Translations under genes and position numbers: made by a program
Virus record (IMG/VR): IMGVR_UViG_2654587728_000014
Span: 5,853-69,852 of that record
Source of the DNA: a virus
Lineage: Duplodnaviria; Heunggongvirae; Uroviricota; Caudoviricetes
DNA length: 64,000 nucleotides
Strand: one strand, 5' to 3'
Shown here: positions 47,331-56,190 of the stretch, piece by piece
Numbering within the stretch: the first letter of the stretch is position 1
Layout: every line of letters begins with the position of its first letter
Notes under the pieces: model-generated
The model's database searches: none
The model's input: only the letters and a program-made list of their open reading frames with translations
What the model was told of the DNA's origin: nothing

Positions 47331-48131
47331 TTAACCGCGCTTCGCCTTCTGCGTCGCGGTGGTTTTTCGTGTTGCAGGCTTCCGCGTTGTCTTTTTACTT
47401 TTGCTGCTTTCGTCCTGCGCCTGCTGTGCGCTGGCGTCTTCTGGTTCGGCTGCGGAATCGGCTTTTTTCAGGGCGCGGGAAAGGGTTGCAATCTCGCGTT
47501 TCACACCTGCATTCGGGTTCAGGTGCATTGCTTCGCGCAGCAGCTTCAGTGACAGGGCCATGCTGTCCGCATCACTCAGGCCACGACGGGCAAAGGCGCA
47601 CGCCTTGCATAATTTGGCGCGCACTTCGTCCGGCATGTCCTGGTCGGTGACAATCTCCCGGAGGGTATCCAGTGGTTCGATAAAGGCGGACAAATCCGCG
47701 TCGGCATCCGTCCCGGCCTGCGTCAGTACCGGGTTGCAGATTTCTTCGGTCAGCACTGTGGCAGCAGTACGGCCAAAGTTATCCGGCATAATGAGGTTAT
47801 GACGGACCACATACGCACCAATACGCAACGCCAGCGGAAGATCGCCGCAGTCAATCGCCCACACCATCAGCGTGGCAATCACTTCATCCTGCTGCCCGCC
47901 GTCAGCCTCCAGCGTTCCCTCAATCCAGCCGGAAAAGTCCGGCAACAACTCTTTTTTGATGGCGGCTTTCGCGCTTCTGGCCTGTACGCCCTTAAGCCGG
48001 GCCTGTGCCAGACGCAGACGATACAGCACCTCTTCATGCGCGGTACGCGCGGCGTGGTCCACGCCTTCGTTCGCCCGGCCTGCGCGCTGTGCCATCACGT
48101 TCTGCCAGTGTTGCTGTGCAGGAGTAATCAT
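47331..48131 (-). CDS. terminase endonuclease (small) subunit (P2 gpM-like)
   Basis: 266 aa; basic C-terminal tail; position N-M-L. Confidence 0.7.
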   Translation of the reverse strand: MITPAQQHWQNVMAQRAGRANEGVDHAARTAHEEVLYRLRLAQARLKGVQARSAKAAIKKELLPDFSGWIEGTLEADGGQQDEVIATLMVWAIDCGDLPLALRIGAYVVRHNLIMPDNFGRTAATVLTEEICNPVLTQAGTDADADLSAFIEPLDTLREIVTDQDMPDEVRAKLCKACAFARRGLSDADSMALSLKLLREAMHLNPNAGVKREIATLSRALKKADSAAEPEDASAQQAQDESSKSKKTTRKPATRKTTATQKAKRG

Positions 48132-48176
48132 TTTTTCTCTCCGTTACAGGCGGGCATGATGCCCGCTGTGAGTTGA

Positions 48177-49229
48177 TTAGCTGTCGGCGAACTTCAGGCC
48201 AGTGACCATCGCGCACTTGCCATAGTCTTCAACGACATAAGCGTCATTGATGGACTGGTAGGTGGCGATGCGGTTGTATTCCGGTTCGTCTTTCATCAGA
48301 CGACGCATTGAACCTTTCTGCCAGTAAATCGACAGGTTGTTGAACGAGGTGATCAGCATCGTTGCATCCGGGAAGAACGGCGCAAGGAACACACCCAGCC
48401 CGCCAATGGTGCGCGATGACAGGATGAGCTGTCCGGCGAGTAATTCCGCATTGGGATTCTGGCCGCTGATGCTGTTCAGCACGGGCAGACGCAGCGAGTT
48501 AAACAGGTTGCGCCCCATAATCACCACGAGGTCGTCAGCTTCCTTGTGCCATTCATCCAGCAGGGATGAGCGTGCGTCCTGAACCAGTGCATCAGCGTTC
48601 GCATACTCACCCGCGTGCGCCACGGTGTTGTCCATGTTGCGGGAGGTCAGCGTCACGTCATTCATTACGCGCGCGCTGGCATTGGTTCTGATGTGCTCCA
48701 GCCACCCCACGTTAACGTCCTGAAGCAGCTTGTTGGTGCTGAAGTTGGATTTTTCCGCGTGTGACGTGCCGTTAAAGCCGATCATGATGCGGTCAAGCGC
48801 CACCTGTCGGGCAATCTGTGCGCTGATGCGGGTCTGGAAGTCATTGTGCGCCGCCCAGGCATCAAGCTGCGGATACGAAATAAACGTGTCGTAGTTCACC
48901 TGCTCACACTGGTACTGACGGGACTTCAGGTCGACAGCGTTAATCGGGTTGCGGCGATCTGTGCCGTCATAACTGGTATTTGTGCGCGCAATCGGCCCGG
49001 TGGTGTCCATGAGGACTTTTTCGCCTTTCTGGTCGGTCACACCGATCACGTTAATTTTTTTTGTAAGTTCGGTGCTATCCTTTGAGGCGTTTTCAAAACG
49101 CTGCTGCACCGAGGGTTCCACGGTAAATCGCGATACCAGCCCAGAAACCGGGATATTGTTAATCGACGCCTGTCGCGTCATGTAGCAGCCCAGCTTGTTA
49201 CGGGCATTATCTGACATCACCAGATTCAT
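48177..49229 (-). CDS. major capsid protein (P2 gpN-like)
   Basis: 350 aa. Confidence 0.8.
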   Translation of the reverse strand: MNLVMSDNARNKLGCYMTRQASINNIPVSGLVSRFTVEPSVQQRFENASKDSTELTKKINVIGVTDQKGEKVLMDTTGPIARTNTSYDGTDRRNPINAVDLKSRQYQCEQVNYDTFISYPQLDAWAAHNDFQTRISAQIARQVALDRIMIGFNGTSHAEKSNFSTNKLLQDVNVGWLEHIRTNASARVMNDVTLTSRNMDNTVAHAGEYANADALVQDARSSLLDEWHKEADDLVVIMGRNLFNSLRLPVLNSISGQNPNAELLAGQLILSSRTIGGLGVFLAPFFPDATMLITSFNNLSIYWQKGSMRRLMKDEPEYNRIATYQSINDAYVVEDYGKCAMVTGLKFADS

Positions 49230-49252
49230 AAAAAATTTGCTCCTTTGTCTTA

Positions 49253-50122
49253 TCAGAAGTCAGCCAGCTGGTCGGAGGCTGCGCCCGTTGCGGTGAACCG
49301 GTTCTGCGGATCGCCGTCCTGCGTGCGCAGCTTTTCCTTCAGTGCTGTCAGCTCTGTGGTCAGCGAAGTGATTTTCTGGCTGTCCTGCTGATGGCGGGTT
49401 TCCAGTGCATTAAAGCGGTCGATAATATCGGCCTGTGACGTTGCGACACCTTCCACCGCTTCCTGAATACGGGAGAAACTGGCGTCATCCGCTTTGCGGC
49501 CACGGCCAATAATCCCCATAACGCGGTTAAACCACTGGGTGCCTTCTTCCTGACGTTGTTCGGTGAGTTCGATAAGTTCTGACTCCATAGCGGCGGTGAA
49601 CATCGCCACGTCTCCCTGCTGACAGTTGAATGTCATCAGTTGCATACGTTGTTGTGCCGCAAAGGCCAGACGTTCCGTGCCCAGGCTGGCGGGGGTGTCG
49701 GTCATTGCCAGCCCGCGCAGGTAAGGGCCTCCCGTGATGGTTGACTGTGGTTCCAGCTCAATACTGGAGTAAATTTTTTTACCATCGTTAAGCAGGGACA
49801 TCATGCGAGCGGTCGGCTCAATTTCGGCATACAGTGCCGTGCGGCCTGCCAGCGGGCCATCGGTTATGTCTTCGGTGCTCAACCCCACAACATCGCCCAT
49901 AGCGGAAAACTCGCTACCGGGGAGTGGTGACAGGATGTGCTCAATATTCACACGTGCACCATAAACGGACGGGTTATAACTGGTGGCGGCAGCTTTCAGC
50001 ATGTCGCCGTTGATTTCGCGCCCGTCTGCCGTCACACCGGAGACAGCCACGCGAAACTTTTTGCGGGATGTCTTTTTTTCATTAGTCATAGTTTTTGCCC
50101 CTCTGACTGGTTCTTCAGTCAT
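49253..50122 (-). CDS. capsid scaffold protein (P2 gpO-like)
   Basis: 289 aa; divergent from P-Q. Confidence 0.7.
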   Translation of the reverse strand: MTEEPVRGAKTMTNEKKTSRKKFRVAVSGVTADGREINGDMLKAAATSYNPSVYGARVNIEHILSPLPGSEFSAMGDVVGLSTEDITDGPLAGRTALYAEIEPTARMMSLLNDGKKIYSSIELEPQSTITGGPYLRGLAMTDTPASLGTERLAFAAQQRMQLMTFNCQQGDVAMFTAAMESELIELTEQRQEEGTQWFNRVMGIIGRGRKADDASFSRIQEAVEGVATSQADIIDRFNALETRHQQDSQKITSLTTELTALKEKLRTQDGDPQNRFTATGAASDQLADF

Positions 50123-50243
50123 GATGGCAAAGCGTAACAGGCTGATACAAAGGGCTTTTGTTGTAAGAAAACAGTCAGAACAGGGGGTTAAGGAGAACGG
50201 TTTCGCGCGCGGGTAATCTTCCTGTAATTACTCAGGGGGAGCA

Positions 50244-51995
50244 ATGATTCAGGACGCTTTTGTGCGCCAGCGTGCGCGGCAACTTTACTGGCAGGGTTAT
50301 CCGCCCGCAGAAATATCACGTCTGATGGGAATAAACCCGAACACGATTTATGCGTGGAAAAAACGCGACCAGTGGGATGAAACGCCACCCGTGCAGCGTG
50401 TCACGCAGTCCATCGATGCGCGCCTCATCCAGCTTACTGAAAAACAGAATAAAACAGGTGGTGACTTCAAGGAAATAGACCTGCTGACCCGGCAGCTTAA
50501 AAAGCTGCATGATGGCCAGCCGGATGTGATGGCCGCAGGAAAGAAAGGCCGGGCGAAAAAACTCAAAAATCATTTCACGCCGGAACAGATTGCCGCACTG
50601 CGGGAAAAAATCATCAGCAGGCTGGAGTGGCATCAGCGGGGCTGGTTTGACTCCCTGACCCTTTGCAGGGAAGCCGGGATACGTAACAGGATGGTCCTGA
50701 AATCCCGACAGATTGGGGCGACCTGGTATTTTGCTCAGGAAGCACTGCTGATGGCGCTGCGTGACGATGTGGCGCAACCTTACCAGCGTAACCAGATTTT
50801 TTTGTCTGCGTCGCGTCGTCAGGCGTTCCAGTTTAAAAGCATTATTCAGGAGGCTGCATCTGAAGTTGATGTGGAGCTGAAAGGGGGCGATAAAATCATC
50901 CTCTCCAACGGCGCAGAGCTGCATTTTCTTGGTACTTCTGCTGCGACGGCACAGTCCTACACGGGCAATTTTTATTTTGATGAATTTTTCTGGGTCAGTC
51001 GCTTTGCTGAACTGCGCAAGGTGGCTGGCGCTATGGCAACCCTCAGCGGACTGCGGCGCACCTACTTCTCCACGCCATCCACCGAAACGCACGAGGCATA
51101 CGCCTACTGGAACGGCGACCGCTGGAACGAGAAAAAGGCCTCGCATAAACGCCAGCGTTTTTCTGTGGACTGGAAAACGCTGCATAACGGGCTTATCTGC
51201 CCTGACCGGACGTGGCGGCAAATTGTCACGCTGGAAGATGTGGTTAATCACGGCTGGAAACACACCGATATTGATGAAATTCGTGATGAAAACACCGAAG
51301 ACGAGTTCCTCAATCTCTATATGTGTGAGTTTGTCCGCGAAGGGGAATCGGCATTTAACCTGAATATCCTGATTGGCTGTGGTGTTGACGGATACGACGA
51401 CTGGAAAGACTGGAAACCTTTTGCTCCCCGCCCGATGGGGAATCGTCCGGTATGGATTGGGTATGACGCAAACGGCAGCAGTGGAAACGGCGACAGCGGC
51501 GCTGTGTCCGTGGTGGTTCCTCCGGCTGTTCCTGGCGGCCGTTTTCGAACGGTGGAGACGCGACGCGTTCAGGGGCTGGAGTTTGAAGAACAGGCCAGAG
51601 TCATTGAAGAGTTCACGTGTCGCTACAACGTGGAACACATCGGCATTGATGTGACAGGCGGGAACGGGGAGGCTGTTTATCAGATAGTGAAACGGTTTTT
51701 CCCTGCTGCTATTCCGTACACCTTCACGCTGTCATCAAAACGGTCGCTGGTACTGAAAATGCTGCAAATAATGCGTGCCGGGCGGTGGGAATACGATCGC
51801 GCCGAACGCGAGCTGGTCGCAGCCTTTAACGCCGTGCGTAAGGTGAAAACACCGGGCGGCTTTATCACTTACGAAACGGACCGCGCGAGGGGGATCAGCC
51901 ACGGCGACCTTGCGTGGGCAACCATGCTTGCTGTCATTAACGAACCAATTGGCGGCGAAGGAGAAAACGAGCGTTTCACGGTTATGGAGTTCTGA
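50244..51995 (+). CDS. terminase ATPase (large) subunit (P2 gpP-like)
   Basis: 583 aa; N-terminal HTH-like, ATPase and nuclease regions. Confidence 0.8.
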   Translation: MIQDAFVRQRARQLYWQGYPPAEISRLMGINPNTIYAWKKRDQWDETPPVQRVTQSIDARLIQLTEKQNKTGGDFKEIDLLTRQLKKLHDGQPDVMAAGKKGRAKKLKNHFTPEQIAALREKIISRLEWHQRGWFDSLTLCREAGIRNRMVLKSRQIGATWYFAQEALLMALRDDVAQPYQRNQIFLSASRRQAFQFKSIIQEAASEVDVELKGGDKIILSNGAELHFLGTSAATAQSYTGNFYFDEFFWVSRFAELRKVAGAMATLSGLRRTYFSTPSTETHEAYAYWNGDRWNEKKASHKRQRFSVDWKTLHNGLICPDRTWRQIVTLEDVVNHGWKHTDIDEIRDENTEDEFLNLYMCEFVREGESAFNLNILIGCGVDGYDDWKDWKPFAPRPMGNRPVWIGYDANGSSGNGDSGAVSVVVPPAVPGGRFRTVETRRVQGLEFEEQARVIEEFTCRYNVEHIGIDVTGGNGEAVYQIVKRFFPAAIPYTFTLSSKRSLVLKMLQIMRAGRWEYDRAERELVAAFNAVRKVKTPGGFITYETDRARGISHGDLAWATMLAVINEPIGGEGENERFTVMEF

Positions 51996-53041
51996 TGAGC
52001 AGAAAAAATAAAAAAGTGCGCATGAGTTCACGCATTGATCTCGCTGATGCGCTCAGGAAAGAATCATCGCTCAGTGCATTCACATTTGATGGTCCTTATC
52101 GCCTGACCGGGCATGACCTGCTGGACAATATGTACTGTGCTGATAACGGGCGGTGGTATGAAACCCCGGTGGACTGGTACGGTCTGGCAAGAGCAGCCCG
52201 GCAAACGTCCTGGCATCAGTCTGCGCTTTACTTTAAGCGCAATGTATTACTCGGTTGCTACATCCCGCACCCGCTGCTTTCCCGGCAGGATTTCTCGGCG
52301 CTGGCGCTGGACTGGTTTGTGTTCGGTAACGCATTCCTTGAGCTTCGAAGCAATATGCTCGGCGAACCGCTTAAATTACGGCACGCCCTGGCGAAATACA
52401 TGCGACGCGGAAGCGATCTTGAATCATGGTGGTATGTGCAGGATGGCAAGGACGCGTTTCAGTTTCGTCCTGGCAAAGTGTGCCACCTGATGAATCCGGA
52501 TATTAACCAGGAAATCTACGGCATGCCGGAATATCTTGGCGCATTACTCTCGGCCAGCCTTTCTCATTCGGCGGACATGTTCAGAAAACTGTACTACGAC
52601 AACGGATCCCACGCCGGGTGCATCATCTACATCGGTGCAGCGCAGGTAAACCGCGAAAGCATGGACTCCCTGAAAGAAACGCTACAGGGGGCACGTGGTG
52701 GTGGTGCGTTTAAAAACGTGCTCATTCATGCGCCCAACGGGGGCAAAGAGGGGGTGCAAATTTTGCCGTTCCAGCAGATCACCGCAAAAGATGAATTCAT
52801 GAATGTTAAGGCGGCATCCCGTGATGATGTGCTGGCTGCGCACCGCGTTCCGCCGCAACTGATGGGGGCGATGCCGGGCGAAAAAAGTGCGTTTGGCGAT
52901 GTGGAGAAGGCAGCGCGGGTTTACGCAATTAACGAGCTGATGCCCGTCATGGAGGCTATGAAGCACATCAATGACTGGCTTGGCGAAGAGGTGATCCGTT
53001 TTAACTCTTATGCTCTTCTTGATGAAAAAACAGCCCCGTGA
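51995..53041 (+). CDS. portal protein (P2 gpQ-like)
   Basis: 348 aa immediately after P. Confidence 0.8.
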   Translation: MSRKNKKVRMSSRIDLADALRKESSLSAFTFDGPYRLTGHDLLDNMYCADNGRWYETPVDWYGLARAARQTSWHQSALYFKRNVLLGCYIPHPLLSRQDFSALALDWFVFGNAFLELRSNMLGEPLKLRHALAKYMRRGSDLESWWYVQDGKDAFQFRPGKVCHLMNPDINQEIYGMPEYLGALLSASLSHSADMFRKLYYDNGSHAGCIIYIGAAQVNRESMDSLKETLQGARGGGAFKNVLIHAPNGGKEGVQILPFQQITAKDEFMNVKAASRDDVLAAHRVPPQLMGAMPGEKSAFGDVEKAARVYAINELMPVMEAMKHINDWLGEEVIRFNSYALLDEKTAP

Positions 53042-53057
53042 TGGGGCTGTCCTTTTT
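53025..53057. terminator. bidirectional terminator hairpin between portal and cargo gene
   Basis: AAAAAACAGCCCC-GTGAT-GGGGCTGTCCTTTTT overlapping the Q stop. Confidence 0.4.
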
Positions 53058-53619
53058 ACCAGAGTTGAACCATTTTCTGGGTGCCGTCAGGCTTGAGATT
53101 ATCAATTTCAGAGAGAACGTAATATTGAATGGCTTCACAAACGGTGGTGTAGGGTGAATTACCTTCTTTAAGTGGCACGATATTATTATTAACGCGAACC
53201 TGTATTTCATCGTTATACATTGCGATCGAAACAGGCGTGTGCACGAACGCGACTTCGCCAGGTGTGTCGTCAACCACCGTTTCAATACTAAAAGTCAGTT
53301 TTCGCTCATCATTGCTGCCCCGTGCTTTGGGGGTAGCGGCAGGGATCTGGGATAAAGGCATTCTGCGAAATCCTTCGGCTGCTTCCAGTCCGCATGAAAC
53401 GTAATGCTGGCGATTACCGTCGCTATCTGTCCAGGTCTGTGATGGCAGCTCCAGCGAGATTTCATAAGCATCAACAATGCCCTGGGCAAGGCGTACAAGC
53501 GGGGTCAGATCTTCATTGCGGCGAAAGCTCTCCTTTACCTGCTCCCGTTTTTCTCTTAACTGCTTGTAATTAATGACCATAAGACAGCCTCCATTGATTT
53601 CTTTGCTCGTATTTTGCAC
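53056..53619 (-). CDS. hypothetical cargo protein (ORFan)
   Basis: 187-aa ORF (likely start at MVINYKQ) convergent with Q and bounded by terminator hairpins. Confidence 0.4.
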   Translation of the reverse strand: MQNTSKEINGGCLMVINYKQLREKREQVKESFRRNEDLTPLVRLAQGIVDAYEISLELPSQTWTDSDGNRQHYVSCGLEAAEGFRRMPLSQIPAATPKARGSNDERKLTFSIETVVDDTPGEVAFVHTPVSIAMYNDEIQVRVNNNIVPLKEGNSPYTTVCEAIQYYVLSEIDNLKPDGTQKMVQLW

Positions 53620-54108
53620 TTATGAAGTATGGTCGGCAAGGTGCCGTATCGCTGACGCGCTTCGCTTGTCTGCTGCTTCGCCGGGGCATAAAAAATTTAT
53701 GCCCCGGCTCTCCAGCTCCTGTATCAATCAGATAATTTCACGACGCCTTCCAGTTTATCGCCACCATCGACGGTCAGACTCTTACGCAATTCCACCGCGT
53801 TGACTGTATGTTCTCGCTGCCTCAGTGCGATTTTGACGGCCTTACCTTTCACCCCATCAAATCAAAAGCCCTCACGCCTTTTTCATGCTCAGCGTGAGAA
53901 ATATGGCCATTCTGTTGTGTCTCTGCGACATCGTTCAGGGAATGCTATTTACCCCCTGAAACGCGGGCTGTTCCCCCGTCACCTGCGCGCAGAAAAAACG
54001 CGTTTTTTTGTGCACGTACGGATCCTTGACGGATCCAGCCACCACGCGGGCCGGAAGTACAAAAAGTCGTTCAAAAAAATTGTGCAAACTTGTGCACTAT
54101 CGTGCAAA

Positions 54109-54135
54109 CAAAAAAAGCGCCTTATCGGCGCTTCA
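54109..54135 (-). terminator. intrinsic terminator after small cargo gene
   Basis: On minus strand GAAGCGCCGATAAGGCGCTTTTTTT. Confidence 0.4.
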
Positions 54136-54141
54136 AAAGTA

Positions 54142-54411
54142 TCAATTGTTGCTGTTTATTAATCGCCAACCACGAACATATGCTTCATAGGCATCTCTGT
54201 GCCTTACAGTTCCAGCCTGGCTAAACGGAATGTTAGCTAAAACTAAATCATTCTGAGCCATAGCGCGTCCTTCAAGCGCATCTTTTATGCCTAGCTCAAA
54301 AGCACAGGCAGCGCATTTGTGCCGACCTTCTTGTCCTTGATATTCAGGGAGAGACAGAAATGTTGGATTATAACGATGAGGGTTCTTGCAAATACCTGTT
54401 TTAGCCCGCAC
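54142..54411 (-). CDS. hypothetical small protein with His/Cys cluster
   Basis: 89 aa; GTG start with GAGGT RBS; RHKCAACAFE cluster. Confidence 0.4.
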   Translation of the reverse strand: MRAKTGICKNPHRYNPTFLSLPEYQGQEGRHKCAACAFELGIKDALEGRAMAQNDLVLANIPFSQAGTVRHRDAYEAYVRGWRLINSNN

Positions 54412-54536
54412 TTTATTTACCTCATAGGAAAAATATGCGTGCCTTTACAGAGGTGCGTGTAAGCAATAAAATATACGACGCACATTTTGATTTACTTCGG
54501 AAGGCACGCATATCAGGTTAAGTGAGCCCGACCGAG

Positions 54537-54577
54537 TTTTACGCCCCAATAGTTGCTGCTATTGGGGCGTTTTGCAT
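54537..54577 (+). terminator. hairpin with T run (plus-strand terminator-like)
   Basis: TTTTACGCCCCAATAG-TTGCTG-CTATTGGGGCGTTTTG. Confidence 0.35.
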
Positions 54578-54775
54578 GGACAATGCCGCGCAATTATCTT
54601 GTCGCTCACAATGCGAACGATCTTACAAAAAGGCACATTACTGTCAAGATAATTGATCGTTTTAATCGATAGATAATAGACAATCTATTTGTTTAACAGA
54701 TCGATTATTGAAGTAAGTGTGCCAAATGGAATGATACTGTCTCTATAAACGTGAGCATTTTTCGCGCAGATGCTT

Positions 54776-55087
54776 TTACTCAGGAAATAACGCCCGGATA
54801 TTCCCAGCCATCTGGCTGGTTATCTTAGCCACTGGTGCAGACTGTGCTTCAAACTTTTTTGAGCTGATTTGTGTCACAGGTAACATCTCATCATCAGCCC
54901 ATGCGGCCAGTCGGTAAGCCTCTGCCGGATTCGTCTTCAGAAGTGCCAGCCCGGCCAGAAAAGCCACGCGTTGGCCGCTTTTGCGGGCTTCTGGTGTAAG
55001 GCTGTCCAGCCAGGCGCATGCTTCTCCTTCGTTCTTGACGGCGGCGGGCTTCAGATAGAAACTTATCCGTCTGGTTGGTGTCGTCAT
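54776..55087 (-). CDS. ParR/StbB-like partition adaptor protein
   Basis: About 104 aa from the internal Met; ISFYLKP start resembles R1 ParR IAFKLNP; start overlaps the ParM stop. Confidence 0.45.
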   Translation of the reverse strand: MTTPTRRISFYLKPAAVKNEGEACAWLDSLTPEARKSGQRVAFLAGLALLKTNPAEAYRLAAWADDEMLPVTQISSKKFEAQSAPVAKITSQMAGNIRALFPE

Positions 55088-55091
55088 TGGT

Positions 55092-56051
55092 TTACTCCTT
55101 GTCCATTGCGTACAGCCCATTAACCAGAGCAAACTGTGGCACCCCGTCCGCGATGAAAGTCGCATTAACTCCGCAGGCTTCGCGGATAGCGGGTGCCACA
55201 ATCTCCGCCCCGCCACCGACAACCATCACCCGCCCGTAACCCGAAAAAACCGCCAGCGCGCGGATCACGCGTTGTTTCAGTGTTTCTTCCTTTTCACGAA
55301 TAACCGCCATCAGGCTGGCGTAATGCGCGTCATTGTGGATGTGCTGGCGCAGCCAGGCTTCATTATGGCGATGTTCGATAATGGTATTGGCGATGTGGTG
55401 ACTGGTGCGCATACCGTTAGTGGCCATCACCGACAGTACGGCATCGGCCATAAGAGAAACGCCTACGTGTGGATCGCAAAACACCTGGCTGATACCTGCC
55501 AGTTGCCCCTGAACCTTTGCCACATCCAGCGTGGTTCCGCCCAAATCCACAATCAGCAGGGATTCAAACGGACTCATGTCAGCCAGTGCTTTAAAGCCAG
55601 CCGGAATGGATTCAGGCATAACCCGTACGTTACGGATAGTGAATGCTTCGCCGTTCTGGTACTCCACCGGGCGCATGACGTTCGCTTTTTTGCGGTTGAT
55701 GTTGGCCATGTCCGGCTGTGCGTTTGTGTCGAAATATTCGCTCAGTGGCAGGGTAACAACCACATCCACTTCCTGTGGCGTGATGTCTGATTTGACCAGC
55801 GCGTGATGAATGGCAATGACATTCACATCGCTGTACTGGTATTGCGTGTCGGTCGTCTGGACAAAGCGATCGCTGACCGGATCAAAACCATAGCGCACGC
55901 CATCAAGCATGTAGTTAGCAGGCTGCGAGCCACCGAACGGCGCAGACCATTCCGACTTGAAGCTGTTCGGGCTGATGGCGTTGCGGCGTTCGCCGTTCTC
56001 AGTCCATGCCAGCTTGATGTTGGTGGAGCCGTCGTCGATGTAAATTTTCAT
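55092..56051 (-). CDS. ParM/StbA-like actin-family segregation ATPase
   Basis: 319 aa; MKIYIDDGSTNIKLAW, SDVNVIAIHHAL, MPESIPAG and IVDLGGTTLD match plasmid R1 ParM as remembered. Confidence 0.7.
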   Translation of the reverse strand: MKIYIDDGSTNIKLAWTENGERRNAISPNSFKSEWSAPFGGSQPANYMLDGVRYGFDPVSDRFVQTTDTQYQYSDVNVIAIHHALVKSDITPQEVDVVVTLPLSEYFDTNAQPDMANINRKKANVMRPVEYQNGEAFTIRNVRVMPESIPAGFKALADMSPFESLLIVDLGGTTLDVAKVQGQLAGISQVFCDPHVGVSLMADAVLSVMATNGMRTSHHIANTIIEHRHNEAWLRQHIHNDAHYASLMAVIREKEETLKQRVIRALAVFSGYGRVMVVGGGAEIVAPAIREACGVNATFIADGVPQFALVNGLYAMDKE

Positions 56052-56074
56052 GTCGGTTTTCCTTATGTTGATTA

Positions 56075-56190
56075 ATTAATCGTTTACGGGATTCTGAAAT
56101 CCCGTTTTTGCCTGTTTTGTGCGCGCCTCATATATCGCTGCGCGTTTTTTGCTCATTTACGGGATTCGTGAGTCCCGTTTCTGTCTGTTT
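56075..56190. repeat. two ~40-bp direct repeats each containing a palindrome (candidate parC-like centromere)
   Basis: TTTACGGGATTCTGAAATCCCGTTTTTGCCTGTTTTGTG and TTTACGGGATTCGTGAGTCCCGTTTCTGTCTGTTTTTTG immediately upstream of parM; the second overlaps the 3' end of gene A. Confidence 0.3.

Noticed and set aside
50316-51638. 440-aa minus-strand ORF inside the P2-like terminase ATPase gene
   Set aside because: Antisense to the P gene; translation rich in Arg/Pro/Phe with no recognisable motif.
53620-54140. P2-type cos site in the non-coding stretch after the portal region
   Set aside because: The remembered P2 cohesive-end sequence (GGCGAGGCGGGGAAAGCAC) was not found here or near the portal stop; the cos position stays unassigned.
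55092-56051. Actin-like ATPase read as a toxin or Hsp70-family chaperone
   Set aside because: Motifs and length fit ParM/StbA better, and a ParR-like gene follows with start/stop overlap, the typical parMR operon layout.
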